Assembly (NCBI GenBank): GCA_051599415.1
Contig: AP039694.1
Span: forward strand, 558,001-622,000
Direction of reading: 5' to 3'
Source: Savitreella phatthalungensis
Lineage: Eukaryota
Length of the DNA: 64,000 nt
Below the pieces are notes generated by a model. It searched no databases and was not told the DNA's origin. It saw nothing but the letters and a program-made list of their open reading frames with translations. Both the position numbers and the translations under genes were made by a program. Positions 1 to 11,771 of the stretch are shown here, one piece after another; position 1 is the first letter of the stretch; each line of letters starts with the position of its first letter.

Positions 1-372
1 AACTGAGCCAATACCTCCGGGTCCTCCCTGCGATCCAGTTTCTACAACAGGTTAGTGAAAAGTGCGATGATCAGCACGAGCTTGTAGCCATACGATTGGA
101 GTGCTCATTGCTGAGAGAGGTCGGTCCGCCGGTACCGACTTCCTTGTTGCCCGGGGCTGGGACATCTGAGCCAATGTGTGCAGCCGAGCCAGGCGCATCC
201 TTTGCATCGGTAAGGTGATTGGTCGGATGGCGACCACTGTAGCGTATTAGTCGATGTCATGCAGAACCTATCGAAAAGATCAAAAGACTTACTCTGGTCC
301 AGCGGCCTGCGCACGAGATGTGTCTGCGTGTGGTGCAGGAGCTCCCTGATCGATGTTGTGAGCGTGCGACAT
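1..372 (-). CDS. Hypothetical hydrophilic Gly/Ser/His-rich protein, 3' end beyond the window; exons 372-293, 236-94, 41-<1
   Basis: ATG at 372 in ATCATG context. Introns 292-237 (GTAAGT..ACTAAT..CAG) and 93-42 (GTATGG..CTAAC..TAG) give the continuous frame MSHAHNIDQGAPAPHADTSRAQAAGPDGRHPTNHLTDAKDAPGSAAHIGSDVPAPGNKEVGTGGPTSLSNEHSNQTGSQGGPGGIGSV. Confidence 0.7.
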
Positions 373-1456
373 GATGATATCGTTGTCGAGTATGTCTTAT
401 GATCTGGTTCGAGTGACAGGCTGGCTCTATATACTTCGAGTGTCTGCAAGGAGACTCCGAGTACCGTCTGCACCGAGGCCAGTTGGCTATTGCGTGTCAC
501 CGTCGGGTACGTCTGAATCCCAGCAAGGGAAGGGAACGACTGGTTGTGATCATGCGTATCGAAAGCCGTGGCTGAAGTGACGTCTAGCGTAGACACATGG
601 ACCGATATCTGCACTGGGTTTTGAGCTATCAGATTCTGGCCAGTGTGGGATTCCAGTTGCCCAGATTCTGGCTCGGGTATAATGAATACTGCAACTACCA
701 CTAGCGCCAGCACTGCTCACTGTGCAGCATTTGCCTCTTTTTTCACTCATCATGCAGCCAGAATGCACCACCTGCAAAGTAGAGGACTACCCACCACCAG
801 TGAAAAGCTAGAAGTGATAAACTAGAAGACAAAGATCCTCCAATTACAGTCTACTTCCTTTCATTCGATGAGAGCTACCTGACTATCCAAAGCATGATGA
901 CACACGAAATCTCGTTGTCCAAGAGAGCATAGATAGGGATTGGCATCCTCTGTGGGGCCCGGAAGAGGAGGCTTCACTGCTGTCCTCTATCATCGGCTCT
1001 TCTTGCCGGTGCATCATCTGATCTGGTTGGGATGAGTTTCAAATAGCCACGACTAAACGATTTCTGACGTCATTTGAGAATCGAACAATTCATCGCTGGA
1101 ATTAGACCATGCACTCGATCACTATTCGTGCGGAGTATGATACCACCACCTCTATAGCAATTCAGACAGGGCGATCAGCAAGCAGGACGCCTCATGTGCA
1201 GAGGTAGTCTGTGAACGAGCACGTGATGATGTGTTGAAGGACAGACAATATATGGTTGATAAGCACAAGTCCGGAGGACCGTGACAATGCCACTGCAATT
1301 GGCGAGCATTCATGTCGCTTGCATGATTGACAAGAAACTATACGCGGGCTGAAGTCTTTCTGATAGTGTGGGTCAATAGTGATGTCTAGTAATGATGACT
1401 TTTTTTCTAGACGGTCGTGACTACGCATATGATCGCGATACATGCGGGACCTGAGC

Positions 1457-3001
1457 CTACTTACGCACGGTCGACCAGCCTTCTTCTGCTTCTGCTTCTG
1501 CGTCTGCCTGTTGAGCAGCCGCCTGTGCCGCTGCACGGGTCGCAGACTCGGTCTGACCGGCTGTTTGGGAAGCACCGTCTTCAGCCAAGGTCGACTGCTC
1601 CCCGTCCTCGTCGATCGACAGATCAGCTGTCCCCTTGAGTACATCGAAGGGCTTGTCCGTTCGTGAATCGAATCGCTTTGTCTTGGAGTCTGATGCGGTC
1701 TCGCGAGCTTGCGTCGACGACTGGCGAACGTCCCGCGTTGACTCGGAGCGGCGCGATTGCTGCTGAGATTCACGTCGGGCAGCGGCAGCCTCTTCCCGTT
1801 CTTTCTGAGCCTGCAGTCGCTTTTCCTCTGCACGCTGCTCAGCGGCCGTTGTGTCGACGGCGCGAGCAGCACCAAACGGCGATGCCTTGCTGGAGGCCAC
1901 AGGGGAAGCGGCAGCAGCACCTGAGGGCGTATTCGAGCCGTCAGTCGAGTTCGTGCGAGGTGCGAGCTGCAGCTTCTTGCGTTCAGCAGGAGCAGGTGCC
2001 TCGACAGCAGGCGGTGGGCCGCGGCGTGACCAGTCAAGCTCCGGACCAGTTTCGCGCTCACGGAGGCGTCGTTCTGGCTTCTCGGCCCCTTCTGCACCGC
2101 TGAAACTCCGTGGCGACCGGTATCCACGCTCAGGTTTCTCGCCCCGTGGCTCGAGTGGCGGGAGCGGTCCACGAGCGCCGCGAGCTGACCCCCAATCGAG
2201 CTCACGTTCGGGCGCGCGGGGAGGTCGGCCTTCACCTTCGAATTCCGCACCATATCCTCCGCGTCTCGGGCCGCCCTCGAAGCGACCGCCTCGGGGCTCA
2301 AGAGGGGGAAGAGGACCGCGTGCGCTACGAGCAGAGCTCCAATCGAGTTCACGGTCGGGTTCCCGGCCAAAGCCACCACCGCTCGACTTGCCCTCGGCCA
2401 CGGTAACGCGAACTGCGCGGTCTACGAGTGACGAGCCTGACAGGGAGACGGCTGTCTTCAGAGATTCTAGATCTTCAAATTCGACGTAGCCAAAACCGCG
2501 AGGTCTATCGGTCTCGCGATCGCGAAGCAAGCGAATGCTCTTGACTTGAGCGCCAGCGTTTGTGAAGAAGTCGCCGATATCGCCGTCGGTCGCGTCAAAC
2601 GAGAGATTGCCAATGTGAGCCGTGAAGGGTGGCTGAGTGGGCATAGGCACGTCGTGAATGCCATACCCGCCGGGTCCTCCAGCGGACGAGCCGCCGACGC
2701 GGAAGTCGCCAGGAGCGGCCGAGGCGCGCTCGAAGCCTGCGCCACGGCTCGTAGAGGAGAAACCATCGTCTGCTGCAGAACCACCATAGCCACGTCTAGG
2801 AGGAGCACCGGATCCTCCAGAGAATGACGGTCCACCAAGTCCCGTAGTCGCAAATCCGGGCTGTGCAGAGCCGACGACCGGCATGTCATCCATTTCATCT
2901 GCCCAGCTTGCGCCAGCGTCAGCAGAGGCGCCGGGACCAGCCTTTGACGCTGGCTCTGACTGCCACTCTGAGATCGGGATGAACTTCTTCTTCGGACCCA
3001 T
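1457..3001 (-). CDS. TIF3: Translation initiation factor eIF4B (RRM protein)
   Basis: First ATG at 3001 (MGPKKKF). Motifs SWADEMDD, RRM (PPFTAHIGNLSF, RGFGYVEF), repeated ELDW..ARGPLPP, KLQLAPRT and SPFGAARAVDT typical of eIF4B. Confidence 0.92.
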   Translation of the reverse strand: MGPKKKFIPISEWQSEPASKAGPGASADAGASWADEMDDMPVVGSAQPGFATTGLGGPSFSGGSGAPPRRGYGGSAADDGFSSTSRGAGFERASAAPGDFRVGGSSAGGPGGYGIHDVPMPTQPPFTAHIGNLSFDATDGDIGDFFTNAGAQVKSIRLLRDRETDRPRGFGYVEFEDLESLKTAVSLSGSSLVDRAVRVTVAEGKSSGGGFGREPDRELDWSSARSARGPLPPLEPRGGRFEGGPRRGGYGAEFEGEGRPPRAPERELDWGSARGARGPLPPLEPRGEKPERGYRSPRSFSGAEGAEKPERRLRERETGPELDWSRRGPPPAVEAPAPAERKKLQLAPRTNSTDGSNTPSGAAAASPVASSKASPFGAARAVDTTAAEQRAEEKRLQAQKEREEAAAARRESQQQSRRSESTRDVRQSSTQARETASDSKTKRFDSRTDKPFDVLKGTADLSIDEDGEQSTLAEDGASQTAGQTESATRAAAQAAAQQADAEAEAEEGWSTVRK

Positions 3002-3357
3002 GGCTGGAGACTTTCTCACTTGAAGATGTGTCGTGCTTCAAGAAAATATTTAAAACCGTTTGGATAGTGAGATTTGGCAATTCGGAGGTAAAGCAAGGAT
3101 CAAAGGAAAGCACGAAACAGGTAAGTGTATAGATTAAGTATATAGATTGACGAATGACACTGACTAGCAATTGGGAAGGATCACGGTCAATGGGCCGAGT
3201 ACGGTGGCAAGAGTACTTGCAGATAATACAATCGAGTGTGGAGAAGGTACAGTCTGCAAGTCCGGACCTGGGACTGGGGATAATGACCTAGGTAAGATAC
3301 ACAGACAGTGAGCCACACAGGGAATTAGCCATTGGGACGTTGCGGCTGGGTCTGAAT

Positions 3358-3443
3358 GTGCGGGCGTGTGTGTGTGTGTGTGTGTGTGCGTGTGTGTGCG
3401 TGTGTGTGCGTGCGTACGGGCGTGCGGGCGTGCGTCTGTGTGC
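3358..3443. repeat. (GT)n/(GTGC) microsatellite
   Basis: Long run of GT units interrupted by GCGT units, directly visible. Confidence 0.95.
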
Positions 3444-4022
3444 GCAAGTCTGTATGTCCCGAGAGTTTTCCAGTGGGATACGGTGTGATGTGGTGTATTC
3501 CACCGTCCACTGGCCTCAATTTCTTGTCGGTGGTAGCTAGCACTGCACTGCTGACGGGAGGAGCAATGAAATGCCTCTAGACTTGCAGGTGACCATCAAA
3601 TGCATTCATCGAACACGTACCTGCAGTACTTCGAGCAGTCAAGAAATTCTTAAGAGTTGATCATCGCGCCCTTAACTGCAGCTTTTAATCGATCGACTGA
3701 TTTTATTTGTCCCATCAACCTTCAATCAATGAAAAGCAAGACAAAAGATCCCACAATTGATCTATTGAATTAGCCGTCAGTTTGACTTGTGTATGCACGG
3801 TCACCGTGATATGAAGGTCTGATGCTGAGGCCAGAAGGCAAACGATTGACACGTGAAGCATTTTGATCTTCGTACGATATCTACCATATATTCATTTACA
3901 TACCCCTAATCTACGTTATTTGTGGAAGTTTTATCCTTCCTTCAGCTCTATCTTGAGCTACGGGATCATCCAGCAGGCATACAAGGTTCTTTGCTAGTAT
4001 TCATTCTCGCCTAGAGCAGCGG

Positions 4023-4619
4023 ATGAAAATTGTCGATCCAGTTCAGGACATCGTCCTCCCGACCTGCGTGGCTGGTAGCACAGGTGCAGCGTTTGGAGCG
4101 GTCCTCGCTGCAGTGCGGGCTCAATCTGTCCCAGCATATATGATCAGTACTGGTCTCAACTGGACTATGATGTCTGGCACGTTCTTCTCCCTCCGCGCGG
4201 GCGGCCTCCAATTTCACAGCGCCTCCCAGCCCTCCCTGGGGTATCGCATCGGCACCTCCGCCCTCTCGGGCATGGCTTCTGGAGCATTGATGAATGCCAT
4301 CGCTCGCGGGAGGACCGGACTGCTGAATGCAACGGTCGTCTACGGGACTGTAGGCGCTTTCGGACAGTACGCTGCAGATGTGATCTCCGCCACTCGTGAC
4401 AATCTGATCGAAGCAAATCGAGACAAGCAGCGTAAACCAGGCTCGTGGGTCGTCCGGAAACTGCGCGAGCTGAATCCAGTCCGCACCCTTAGCGACGAAG
4501 AGTTCTTCCAAAGGATCAAAAGTGAAATCGAAGACCTCGACAAGCAGATCAAACTTGCGGATGAGGAGATCGAGCTTGCGAAAGCTGAATTGCTCTCGTC
4601 AAAGCCGGCAGCGCGTTGA
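4023..4619 (+). CDS. Tim17/Tim22/Tim23-like membrane protein with C-terminal coiled coil
   Basis: About four Gly/Ala-rich hydrophobic segments with GxxxG-like spacing, then a coiled-coil tail (LSDEEF..EIEDLDKQIKLADEEIE). Confidence 0.65.
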   Translation: MKIVDPVQDIVLPTCVAGSTGAAFGAVLAAVRAQSVPAYMISTGLNWTMMSGTFFSLRAGGLQFHSASQPSLGYRIGTSALSGMASGALMNAIARGRTGLLNATVVYGTVGAFGQYAADVISATRDNLIEANRDKQRKPGSWVVRKLRELNPVRTLSDEEFFQRIKSEIEDLDKQIKLADEEIELAKAELLSSKPAAR

Positions 4620-4887
4620 AGATGGCCAGGAGTCGCTTCAATCTACTTACGATCATGATAAGAATGAGATAGTGAATGATTTACGACATGCATCTTCGAC
4701 GTGTACACTCATCAGTCAGGAGAATACTTTCTCGCCCGGGAGAAGTGCCATTTTTAGAAACTTGAACCACCCGAGACATTTTTATCATCGTTAGGATCAG
4801 AAATAGTGTTGGGAGCACTGGACTGCTCAAAAGCTTGCGACATCTTGACAAGTCTGTGAGCTCTCTCGCGACAGCGGGGCTTGCAAA

Positions 4888-5883
4888 ATGGCCGCCGGGG
4901 ATCTCAATCTCAAGAAGTCTTGGCACCCGAAGCTGCTGAAAAACCGAGCCGCGGTATGGGAGAAGCAGCAGGAAGCAATCGCAGAGAGGAAGCGCATTGA
5001 AGCACTAAAGAAGGAGATCGAAGATGAGCGCGCCGCGCAGGAGCTGCGTGTGCTCGCTGAGCGCAATGGCGCGCCAAAACGGCAAGAGCGCGTCGAGTTT
5101 CTCTACTCTGGACCTGGCGCGAGCGCGAGCGAGGCAGCGGAGCAGGAGCGCGAAGCCTACTTACTAGGCAAGAAACGCATCGACGAGCACTTGGGAAAGG
5201 ACGTCCTGGGATCTGCAGGGCGACAGGACGAGCCGCGAGAGCATCATCCTGTGGTGACAATCAATAAACAGGATCTTGCACAAAAGGTCTTCCTTGACCC
5301 GCTTCTTGCCATCAAAAAGCAGGAAGCAGAACGTCATAAGGGGCTGGCAAAAGGGATTCGCAGACATCAGGACCCACTTGAGAGTCGGCGCCAGCATGCT
5401 GTGACTGACGTCACGCATGTTGTCAGAGCTCGGCAAAGTTCGAGAGACTTTGGCGACAATTACGACAAGGTCTCCCGGCGACCGCGAACAGATGAAAGAT
5501 ATACGAGCGATCGTCGGTACGATTGTCGAGACAGACGACATTCGTCGCGAGAGCGTCGAAATCCCCCTGACTACTCCAGATCTCGCTACGACGACCACGA
5601 TGATGAGGAAGCATATAGTCGTCGTCATTCAAAACGGCGACGATCAAACGATTATGGCCAACATGAGAGGCGTTGTGATCCGATCCGCTCGACTGATTCG
5701 CGAGGATCATCTGAGGATAAGGTACAAGCGATGCGGCAGGCAGCCGACGATCTTAATGCAATGCGCCGCGCGCGGATGCAAGCCTCACGAGAGCGCGAGG
5801 AGACCGATGAACGAGACCGTTTACGAGCACACGGGCGTTCCAGCTATTTGCATGACTTTGCCCTCGCGAGCACTTCGCGGTGA
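4888..5883 (+). CDS. CWC25: Pre-mRNA splicing factor Cwc25
   Basis: N-terminus GDLNLKKSWHP, RVEFLY, EAYLLGKKRID, DPLLAIK, and an Arg/Asp-rich tail. Confidence 0.95.
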   Translation: MAAGDLNLKKSWHPKLLKNRAAVWEKQQEAIAERKRIEALKKEIEDERAAQELRVLAERNGAPKRQERVEFLYSGPGASASEAAEQEREAYLLGKKRIDEHLGKDVLGSAGRQDEPREHHPVVTINKQDLAQKVFLDPLLAIKKQEAERHKGLAKGIRRHQDPLESRRQHAVTDVTHVVRARQSSRDFGDNYDKVSRRPRTDERYTSDRRYDCRDRRHSSRERRNPPDYSRSRYDDHDDEEAYSRRHSKRRRSNDYGQHERRCDPIRSTDSRGSSEDKVQAMRQAADDLNAMRRARMQASREREETDERDRLRAHGRSSYLHDFALASTSR

Positions 5884-6036
5884 GATTCGTAGCCGATAGA
5901 CAGACGGACAGAACAGTATACGATTGATGAACAATGAAGATCAAAGAAGGCAAGTTCGAGGATATAAGTCTGTATGCTTGCATGTCACGAGAATGCACGA
6001 TCTTCCATGACGGGTTAAATCGAACAGGAGTGAACG

Positions 6037-6720
6037 ATGAGTTACAGCGAGCTGAGGATCAATGCGCGTGGTCAGAAGGACATCGATGCAAGGCTATACA
6101 GCTGTGTGGAGGAGGTTGGATCGGCACTTGCGATCGTCGCACATCCCTACGCCCCGCTCGGCGGCTCTCAGGATGATCATGTCGTGCGCGCTTTAGCGAA
6201 ATCGCTTGCAGGTGTCGCGGGTCTTGACACGGTCACATTCAACTACACAAAACCCTTTGCTCTGACGCCAGCTCATGCTTCGAATGACTACATGCTCGTC
6301 TTGAGACACATGATAGAAATGCGTCAAGGCAGATACGGGAAATTCGTGCTCGTAGGATATTCGTATGGCACGCTGACATTGCCCTCTATGGAGATTTTGA
6401 CAGCTGCGCTGCCACATGGAGTGGTCAGCGATGTGCGCTACGTCCTTGTATCGCCGTTGCTACGAAGCATGACGACTTTGCTGACATGGTCGTGGCAAGA
6501 TCGCTATGCGCATATTCGCCAGGCAGGAAAGCCTGTGCTGACCATCTTTGGCACATCGGATGATTTCAGCGCAATTGATGGCTTGCGGAAAACATTCTCC
6601 AGTGGATCGATGAATGCACGAGAGATCCAGGGAGCTGATCATTTCTGGGCCGAAGCGGGGCACAAACAGAGCATGTTAGCTGCTGTGGTCGAGTTCGCTG
6701 AGTCACGGAATCCTCTTTGA
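6037..6720 (+). CDS. Alpha/beta-fold hydrolase
   Basis: HPYAPLGGS, nucleophile elbow GYSYG, GTSDDF and GADHFW triad motifs. Confidence 0.85.
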   Translation: MSYSELRINARGQKDIDARLYSCVEEVGSALAIVAHPYAPLGGSQDDHVVRALAKSLAGVAGLDTVTFNYTKPFALTPAHASNDYMLVLRHMIEMRQGRYGKFVLVGYSYGTLTLPSMEILTAALPHGVVSDVRYVLVSPLLRSMTTLLTWSWQDRYAHIRQAGKPVLTIFGTSDDFSAIDGLRKTFSSGSMNAREIQGADHFWAEAGHKQSMLAAVVEFAESRNPL

Positions 6721-7323
6721 TGGCTGAGTATCGAGGAAGTCGAGGATCTTGTTCATCGAAGGACCCGCCACTTTCCGCTGGAGTGAGTACTCTTTGCCTG
6801 AGTGGTCTTGTAGTGTCGCCCAGGAAATGGGGTGTCGCACGGTTGCTAGCTCGCCCACGCGAGCCAACAGCGTTCGCTTCTTACCCACTGCTGAAAAATA
6901 GACAAGCTGCAACGGTGTGTCATTCGATAGACGATCGAGAATGTCTGCGCCACGCAAAGCTCTGCCCGGTCGGTCTGTGGACATTCCCATCTGAGTTGCA
7001 GCCTCGACATCGACGGCGACACTTGCTACGTATCGTGGCACGAAGCGCATCTGAATCACGAATGGCAGCAGGCCTGCAAACATGATAGCGCATGCCCCGA
7101 CAATTCCGCTTTCGGATCCATCATTCAACAGGAGAGAAGGCGCTGCAATGCTCGAAGAGAGCATGAAGGTCCCACAGAGCAACTTATACCCAGCCATGGT
7201 GCGGCCCAGAGGGGCGGTGTATATCGTCTCTGGCCCTCCGATGCTCCCATTCTTCTTATTCCTCAGTGTGGTAGAGTCGATCCCACGTTTCACTGCTAGT
7301 CTTGTAGCTGTAGCGGTCACCAT
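6703..7323 (-). CDS. TMEM70/TMEM186-like mitochondrial inner membrane protein
   Basis: Basic N-terminus, IYTAPL motif, two hydrophobic segments followed by RYVASV. Confidence 0.6.
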   Translation of the reverse strand: MVTATATRLAVKRGIDSTTLRNKKNGSIGGPETIYTAPLGRTMAGYKLLCGTFMLSSSIAAPSLLLNDGSESGIVGACAIMFAGLLPFVIQMRFVPRYVASVAVDVEAATQMGMSTDRPGRALRGADILDRLSNDTPLQLVYFSAVGKKRTLLARVGELATVRHPISWATLQDHSGKEYSLQRKVAGPSMNKILDFLDTQPSKRIP

Positions 7324-7463
7324 TGGGTTGCAGTAAGCCCTTGCTGACGCACCCTGGCTTGATCTTGGTCTGACATTCGTGCATCCGGATTGCGGAAACG
7401 TCTTGTTCCTAGATACAGTGCTGGATCACAATATGCATACGTCGTTGAATTTATGAGCGCTGA

Positions 7464-8027
7464 TCACACAGGCGGTACTTTGAGAGGCGAGACAAGCGAG
7501 GCGAGCGAGATGATTGCTATCATACGGCTGCAGCGTATCACAGTTACGACGTGCTCTGGCCAACGAACGTCCTCGGTCTGACTGTCTGCTGGACTACACC
7601 GAAGAATCTCATGTCGTTCAGATGGTAACCGGGAGATTGCTTGAGCCTCCGCCTGACCCCTGTCGTGGCAAATGAACAACTCCAAAGGCAGTCCAAGTAA
7701 CTCATCACCCGAAACTCTTTCGTACAAACCAATGACATATCTCGGATCGATGGGTGTCAGCTCTCCGTCAGCAGTGGAGCTTCCAAGATCAGAATCGAGA
7801 AAGCGACGTTTTCGAGGCGACGATTCCCTCTCGTTCAGGGCTCGATCAGACATGAACCCTAAGTGATGCACACGCTTGCGGTGCTTCGGTGTCAGGGCAA
7901 GTTGTCCATGGGCTACGAGATCGTCAGAACGCTGATCTTCGTCATCGTCTGCAATACGGCGTCGCTTCGATTCACGACTCGTCTCAGCGCTAATCTCAAC
8001 AGGTCTACCGCTCGTGTCGTCGCCCAT
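7464..8027 (-). CDS. Hypothetical protein
   Basis: 187-codon ORF from ATG 8027 with NLS-like KRRR and PRKRR motifs; no family recognised. Confidence 0.4.
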   Translation of the reverse strand: MGDDTSGRPVEISAETSRESKRRRIADDDEDQRSDDLVAHGQLALTPKHRKRVHHLGFMSDRALNERESSPRKRRFLDSDLGSSTADGELTPIDPRYVIGLYERVSGDELLGLPLELFICHDRGQAEAQAISRLPSERHEILRCSPADSQTEDVRWPEHVVTVIRCSRMIAIISLASLVSPLKVPPV

Positions 8028-8860
8028 GATGCAGTTGTCAAAATTACAGAGCTGGACAGATTGGTCGAGCAGCTGGCCAAATAGTGTGCTTCGAGGGAAA
8101 CAGCTTAATCTGCTTTTGCAGGATGCATCCCCCAATAGCGTCTTCGGAGTTCGCTGGCTGTTTACGCTGTTTTCACGTGTACATTACAGACGCACACATC
8201 TTGCTGTGTCCATCCGAGCATTCTGATCATATATGTAAATCAGACTTGATTTCGATCTAGAGGAGATCGACCTAATTATGTTCGAGCCGAATTAAGATTT
8301 GCTACAGACTTTTATCCGTAACATTGCAACATGAAATTGAATCAGATTAAATTGGCATCTGCGCAAAAAGAATTATCTCCCATCACTTTACATCTGCTGG
8401 AATTTCAAAAAGAGCATCCATCTGGCCTCTCCTATTAAGCCATGTTCCGCTTAGTGGCTTGCAGAAGAGCCTGCGAGTGTGTTTGCTTAAGCTAATATTA
8501 GATATGACCAGACTAAATTTATAAGGCAGCAGGAGTACAAGCATCCACACATATATATGGTATAGAGCTATATAGTACATATGGATTTATCGTATCTATT
8601 TGCATCAAGAGAGAGATATATAGATATAAGCCCTACAGTTACAGAGACAAAAGTAAGCGAGAGAGACAACATAGATTCTTGTACACGCAAGGAGTATCGC
8701 GATTCCTGTACATTCAAAGCCTTCATTCACTCCTTGTCGAGCTCCAGAACATCTGTCATCTGAGTGACGGCGTCTGGCTTGATCATCAACTCACAGCGCT
8801 TTATCTGTCGAGCAAAGAAAGTCCTGCAGATCTTCCTTGAACATCAACTCGCATATAGTC

Positions 8861-10513
8861 ATGGACTCAGAACCTCGCTACGTCAATTCCGACCGGAGAG
8901 CCAATTTCAAGAATAAAGGACTCTTCCGTGGAGATGAGCTCAGACGGCGGCGTGAAGAGCAGCAGGTCGAGATCCGTAAGCAGAAGCGGGAGGAGAACTT
9001 GACAAAACGCCGCAACTTGGCAAACATCACTACGAGCGACGATGACGACGATGACAACGACAATGACAATGACCTCGGTCAGCTCGAGAACCAACTCAAC
9101 GATGAGTTGCCTGCGATGATTCAGGGTGTCTTCTCCGACGACGTCAATGAACAGGTTCAGGCAACCACCAAATTCCGCAAGCTTCTCTCCAAGGAACGAA
9201 ACCCGCCGATCGAAAAGGTCATCGAGTGCGGTGTTGTCAACAAATTCGTGGAATTTCTCTCAAGTCCGCACACTCTCGTCCAGTTCGAAGCCGCCTGGGC
9301 TTTGACTAACATCGCTTCGGGCTCTTCTCAACAAACAAAGGTTGTTATCGAGGCTGGAGCGGTGCCAATCTTCGTTCAGCTTCTGTCTTCTGAAGAGCAA
9401 GACGTCCGCGAGCAGGCTGTCTGGGCTCTAGGCAATATTGCAGGTGATTCTGCAGAATGTCGTGACTTTGTTCTCAACTGCGGTGCGCTTCAGCCTCTGT
9501 TACGTCTCTTGAATGACTCTCGCAAGCTCAGCATGCTTCGCAACGCAACATGGACATTATCGAATTTCTGCCGCGGCAAGTCCCCTCAGCCCGACTGGGT
9601 AACTATCGCACCGGCACTGCCCGTACTCGCCAAGCTGCTCTTCAGTATGGATGAGGAAGTCCTGATCGATGCCTGCTGGGCCATTTCATATCTTTCGGAC
9701 GGTCCAAACGAAAAGATTCAGGCTGTCATCGATGCAGCCATCCCACGGCGGCTCGTGGAACTGCTGACTCACCACTCGACTTCCGTGCAAACGCCGGCTT
9801 TGCGGAGCGTTGGCAACATCGTAACTGGTGACGATGTCCAGACACAGGTGATCATCAATTGTGGCGCGCTCGCTGCGCTCCTCAACCTCCTTGGATCGCC
9901 TAAGGATGCGATTCGGAAAGAGGCCTGCTGGACGATTTCCAACATTACCGCCGGCAACGCAGCACAGATTCAAACTGTCATTGACGCCAACATCATGCCT
10001 CCCTTGATCCACCTGCTTGCCACCGCGGACTTCAAGACGAAGAAGGAAGCCTGCTGGGCCATCTCTAATGCTACCTCGGGAGGTCTTGCCAATCCCGATC
10101 AAATCCGCTATCTAGTTCAGCAGGGGACGATCAAGCCCTTATGCGATCTGCTCGACTGCCTCGACAACAAGATCATCCAAGTCTCGCTCGACGGCCTGGA
10201 GAACATTCTCAAGATTGGAGAGATGGAGAAGCACGAGAATGGCGGTGTCAATCGTTTCGCGCTCTACGTCGAGGAGGCTGGAGGCATGGAGAAGATTCAT
10301 GCCTGCCAGAACAACCAGAACACAGAAATTTACCGCAAGGCCTACAGCGTCATTGAGAAATATTTCGGTGATGATGAAGACGACGAAATTGACGCACAGG
10401 TCGCCGGCCAGCAGTCGACCGACGGTCAGACATTCACCTTCGCTCAGCAACAACAGGGTGGTGCTGGCCAACAGCAATTCAACTTTGGAGGCGACAGTGG
10501 CATGCAGATGTGA
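8861..10513 (+). CDS. SRP1: Importin subunit alpha (karyopherin alpha)
   Basis: IBB domain ([25 protein letters not shown]) and ARM repeats ([27 protein letters not shown]); first ATG at 8861. Confidence 0.98.
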   Translation: MDSEPRYVNSDRRANFKNKGLFRGDELRRRREEQQVEIRKQKREENLTKRRNLANITTSDDDDDDNDNDNDLGQLENQLNDELPAMIQGVFSDDVNEQVQATTKFRKLLSKERNPPIEKVIECGVVNKFVEFLSSPHTLVQFEAAWALTNIASGSSQQTKVVIEAGAVPIFVQLLSSEEQDVREQAVWALGNIAGDSAECRDFVLNCGALQPLLRLLNDSRKLSMLRNATWTLSNFCRGKSPQPDWVTIAPALPVLAKLLFSMDEEVLIDACWAISYLSDGPNEKIQAVIDAAIPRRLVELLTHHSTSVQTPALRSVGNIVTGDDVQTQVIINCGALAALLNLLGSPKDAIRKEACWTISNITAGNAAQIQTVIDANIMPPLIHLLATADFKTKKEACWAISNATSGGLANPDQIRYLVQQGTIKPLCDLLDCLDNKIIQVSLDGLENILKIGEMEKHENGGVNRFALYVEEAGGMEKIHACQNNQNTEIYRKAYSVIEKYFGDDEDDEIDAQVAGQQSTDGQTFTFAQQQQGGAGQQQFNFGGDSGMQM

Positions 10514-10850
10514 AATCATCTCCCGCGAACATGCCATGCCCCCTGAGTGTAGCCGAAGACGCTCGCTCTCCTCATTTCTTATGCCTTGCATTCATCCAGG
10601 TCCTTTGCTCGCTACTTCATACACGAAGCACAAGCCCCGAGCATATTGATGCCCACACAGCACTCTTTTGCATTTTGCGATAGCTGGCTTCAGGGACTCT
10701 TACATCGAGTCATCTGGCTGAAGCTTTTCTACCATATCCCCCTTTTACCTCCCCTCTGAAGACTTGCTATCTCAAAGATGGCACACGATCCCTATCATAA
10801 TCTTCGCAGAGAAGAAACCTACTAGCTTAAACGCTGATCGATACGTTGCT

Positions 10851-11771
10851 CTAATACGCATTCCGATTTCGCTCCATCAGTTCTTCCATCCGTTCTATGT
10901 CGTCGTCCTCATAGCGCTGCGGCATAGCCTTCTGAGCGCCTGCTTTTGCGAGCGCGTCGACCTCCTCATTGGCACGAACACCTGAATGAGCACGGACCTT
11001 GACAAAGTAGACGGCACCATTTTCACACCCTGTTGTTCGTTTTCTGGAGTCAATGAGCGCAAGTGCTCGCTTGACCAGGTCCGCGTTCTCAACAGGTTGA
11101 CCTGTAGATGTTTTCCAACCATTGAGCTTCCAACGAGCACTCCAGTCAGTCAGCGCATTGATGCTGTACATGGAGTCCGTAGTGATATAGACTTTGTGAT
11201 GCCTGCCAGAATCTCTACGCTCGGAATCAATCATGCATGCTCGGTCCAGCGCAGTGATTATCGCTCGCAGCTCCGCGCGCTGATTGGTTTGTCTATCCTC
11301 ATCGAGCAGCCTTGCCGAGACTGCTTGCAGAAGAAAACTAGCGTTGCTCTCGATAATCAAGCTGTGTCCGAGGTCAGGGTTCGGCTGAAAATAGCATCCG
11401 TAGCCAGCCCTTGCGCCGTATTTACCGTTCGACAGAGATGATCCATCAGTCCAAATGATGGTAGTGTCTTGGTCGCATCTGCTGGGAAGATCTTGGTCCG
11501 TCAACACCTTGCCACCCAACAACCCGGCTGATCGTCCTGACGATGCTGTACCTCGCAAGCTCGCAGGATTTGCTCTCGACTCAACGGATCTGCCCGTGTA
11601 TGTAGGATTTGTGAGGAAATTGGTAGCCTCGGCCCTTGTCTTGAATGACGCATACTTAGCTCCCGAGTAGCCGTGAACCAGAGGCTGGACTGTAGACCAC
11701 GCAGTAAAAATCCCGGTACTTCTACCACGAGCGACCGCATAGAACTTCGGAGCTGCAGATGCCTTAGGCAT
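10851..11771 (-). CDS. RNH1: Ribonuclease H1
   Basis: Hybrid-binding domain (KFYAVARGRSTGIF..W) plus catalytic domain (WTDGS, TNQRAEL, TDSMY, VRAHSG..NEEVD); first ATG at 11771. Confidence 0.95.
   Translation of the reverse strand: MPKASAAPKFYAVARGRSTGIFTAWSTVQPLVHGYSGAKYASFKTRAEATNFLTNPTYTGRSVESRANPASLRGTASSGRSAGLLGGKVLTDQDLPSRCDQDTTIIWTDGSSLSNGKYGARAGYGCYFQPNPDLGHSLIIESNASFLLQAVSARLLDEDRQTNQRAELRAIITALDRACMIDSERRDSGRHHKVYITTDSMYSINALTDWSARWKLNGWKTSTGQPVENADLVKRALALIDSRKRTTGCENGAVYFVKVRAHSGVRANEEVDALAKAGAQKAMPQRYEDDDIERMEELMERNRNAY

Noticed and set aside
105..713. 202-aa ORF with a hydrophobic start
   Set aside because: GTG start; it reads through a consensus intron, and the spliced gene from ATG 372 in another frame explains the region better
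1192..2379. 395-aa alternative-frame ORF overlapping TIF3
   Set aside because: Shadow of a GC-rich CDS; non-ATG start and no motif
3288..3580. THTH/CVCV ORFs
   Set aside because: Translations of the GT microsatellite
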